In this document: positions 63,491-64,000 of the stretch, one piece after another | How the letters are laid out: the number at the start of each line of letters is the position of its first letter | Numbering within the stretch: position 1 is the first letter of the stretch | Source: Patescibacteria group bacterium | GTDB taxonomy: Bacteria; Patescibacteriota; Minisyncoccia; Phycocordibacterales; Phycocordibacteraceae | Direction: 5' to 3' | Length of the DNA stretch: 64,000 nucleotides | NCBI GenBank assembly: GCA_038064695.1 | Contig: JBBTSO010000004.1 | Coordinates: 114,165-178,164, forward strand | The notes under the pieces: model-generated | The model's database searches: none | Told to the model about the DNA's origin: nothing | The model's input: the letters and a program-made list of their open reading frames with translations, nothing else | Translations under genes and position numbers: made by a program

Positions 63491-64000
63491 ATGACGTATT
63501 TTGAAAGTGATGCTATTTTTTGGGTTGAAATTGATAAAATTCGCCCCAACCCCTATCAACCGCGCACCGAGTTTGATGAATCAAAATTGCGCGATTTGGC
63601 GGACTCTATTCGTCAGTATGGCGTTCTTCAGCCGTTGGTGGTAACGCGTCATGAAGAAGAAAAACCAGACGGAGGTATCGCCACATTTTACGAATTGATT
63701 GCGGGGGAACGCCGGTTGCGCGCTTCAAAACTCGCAGGATTACTCCAGATTCCGGTCATCATTCGCTCTTCTGAAGAGCATGATCGTATGAAGCTGGAGT
63801 TGGCAATTATTGAAAACTTACAGCGAGAAGATTTAAATGCCATCGACCGCGCGCGCGCGTTTGAACGGCTGCAAAAAGAGTTCAAACTTAATAATACTGA
63901 CATTGCTAAAAAGGTGGGGAAGAGCCGCGAGTACGTTTCAAACTCGCTCCGTCTATTAAATTTGCCGCAGGAAATTCAAGACGCGGTGACGGGGGGTAAA
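63491..64000 (+). CDS. parB: ParB/Spo0J partition protein (truncated by window end)
   Basis: Manual reading: IRPNPYQPR, LADSIRQYGVLQP, LIAGERRLRA, IIENLQREDLN, HTH. Confidence 0.93.
   Translation, partial: MTYFESDAIFWVEIDKIRPNPYQPRTEFDESKLRDLADSIRQYGVLQPLVVTRHEEEKPDGGIATFYELIAGERRLRASKLAGLLQIPVIIRSSEEHDRMKLELAIIENLQREDLNAIDRARAFERLQKEFKLNNTDIAKKVGKSREYVSNSLRLLNLPQEIQDAVTGGK

Noticed and set aside
1-64000. Alternative genetic code (TGA=Gly)
   Set aside because: Conserved genes end normally at TGA and are uninterrupted under code 11

Overview
This window reads as core chromosome of a Patescibacteria/CPR bacterium, Parcubacteria-like (inferred from the compact gene set, short rpsU/rbfA/infB, VirB2-like pilin arrays and code 11 with TGA as stop). 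Housekeeping genes include valS, tsaD, tsaC, ftsA/ftsZ, ybeY, rpsU, lepB, pth, rpsA, gyrA, rbfA, infB, clpB, rpmG, miaA, pyrF, parB and 11 tRNAs. Accessory loci are a type IV pilus/T2SS-like operon, a 1203-aa Ig-repeat surface protein, a B12 uptake/activation plus class II RNR operon divergent from arsR-nirK-alkA, a HEPN orphan after tRNA-Glu, a methyltransferase-SBP-VirB2-like pilin array and a pilin fused to an M15-like domain. The most unusual signal is non-coding. Most tRNA genes carry modular structured flanks: fold-back trailers pairing with the tRNA 3' end, a shared GGGTCG...(G/A)TGACC hairpin module (6 copies), direct or inverted copies of the T-arm/acceptor end, and a shared 5' leader module. 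Three more dispersed repeat families occur: a 38-42 bp palindrome, a 27-bp palindrome inside ORFs, and TAG-rich heptamer arrays. There is also a set of AT-rich orphan small genes with their own promoters. All family calls come from motif recognition, not from database searches.
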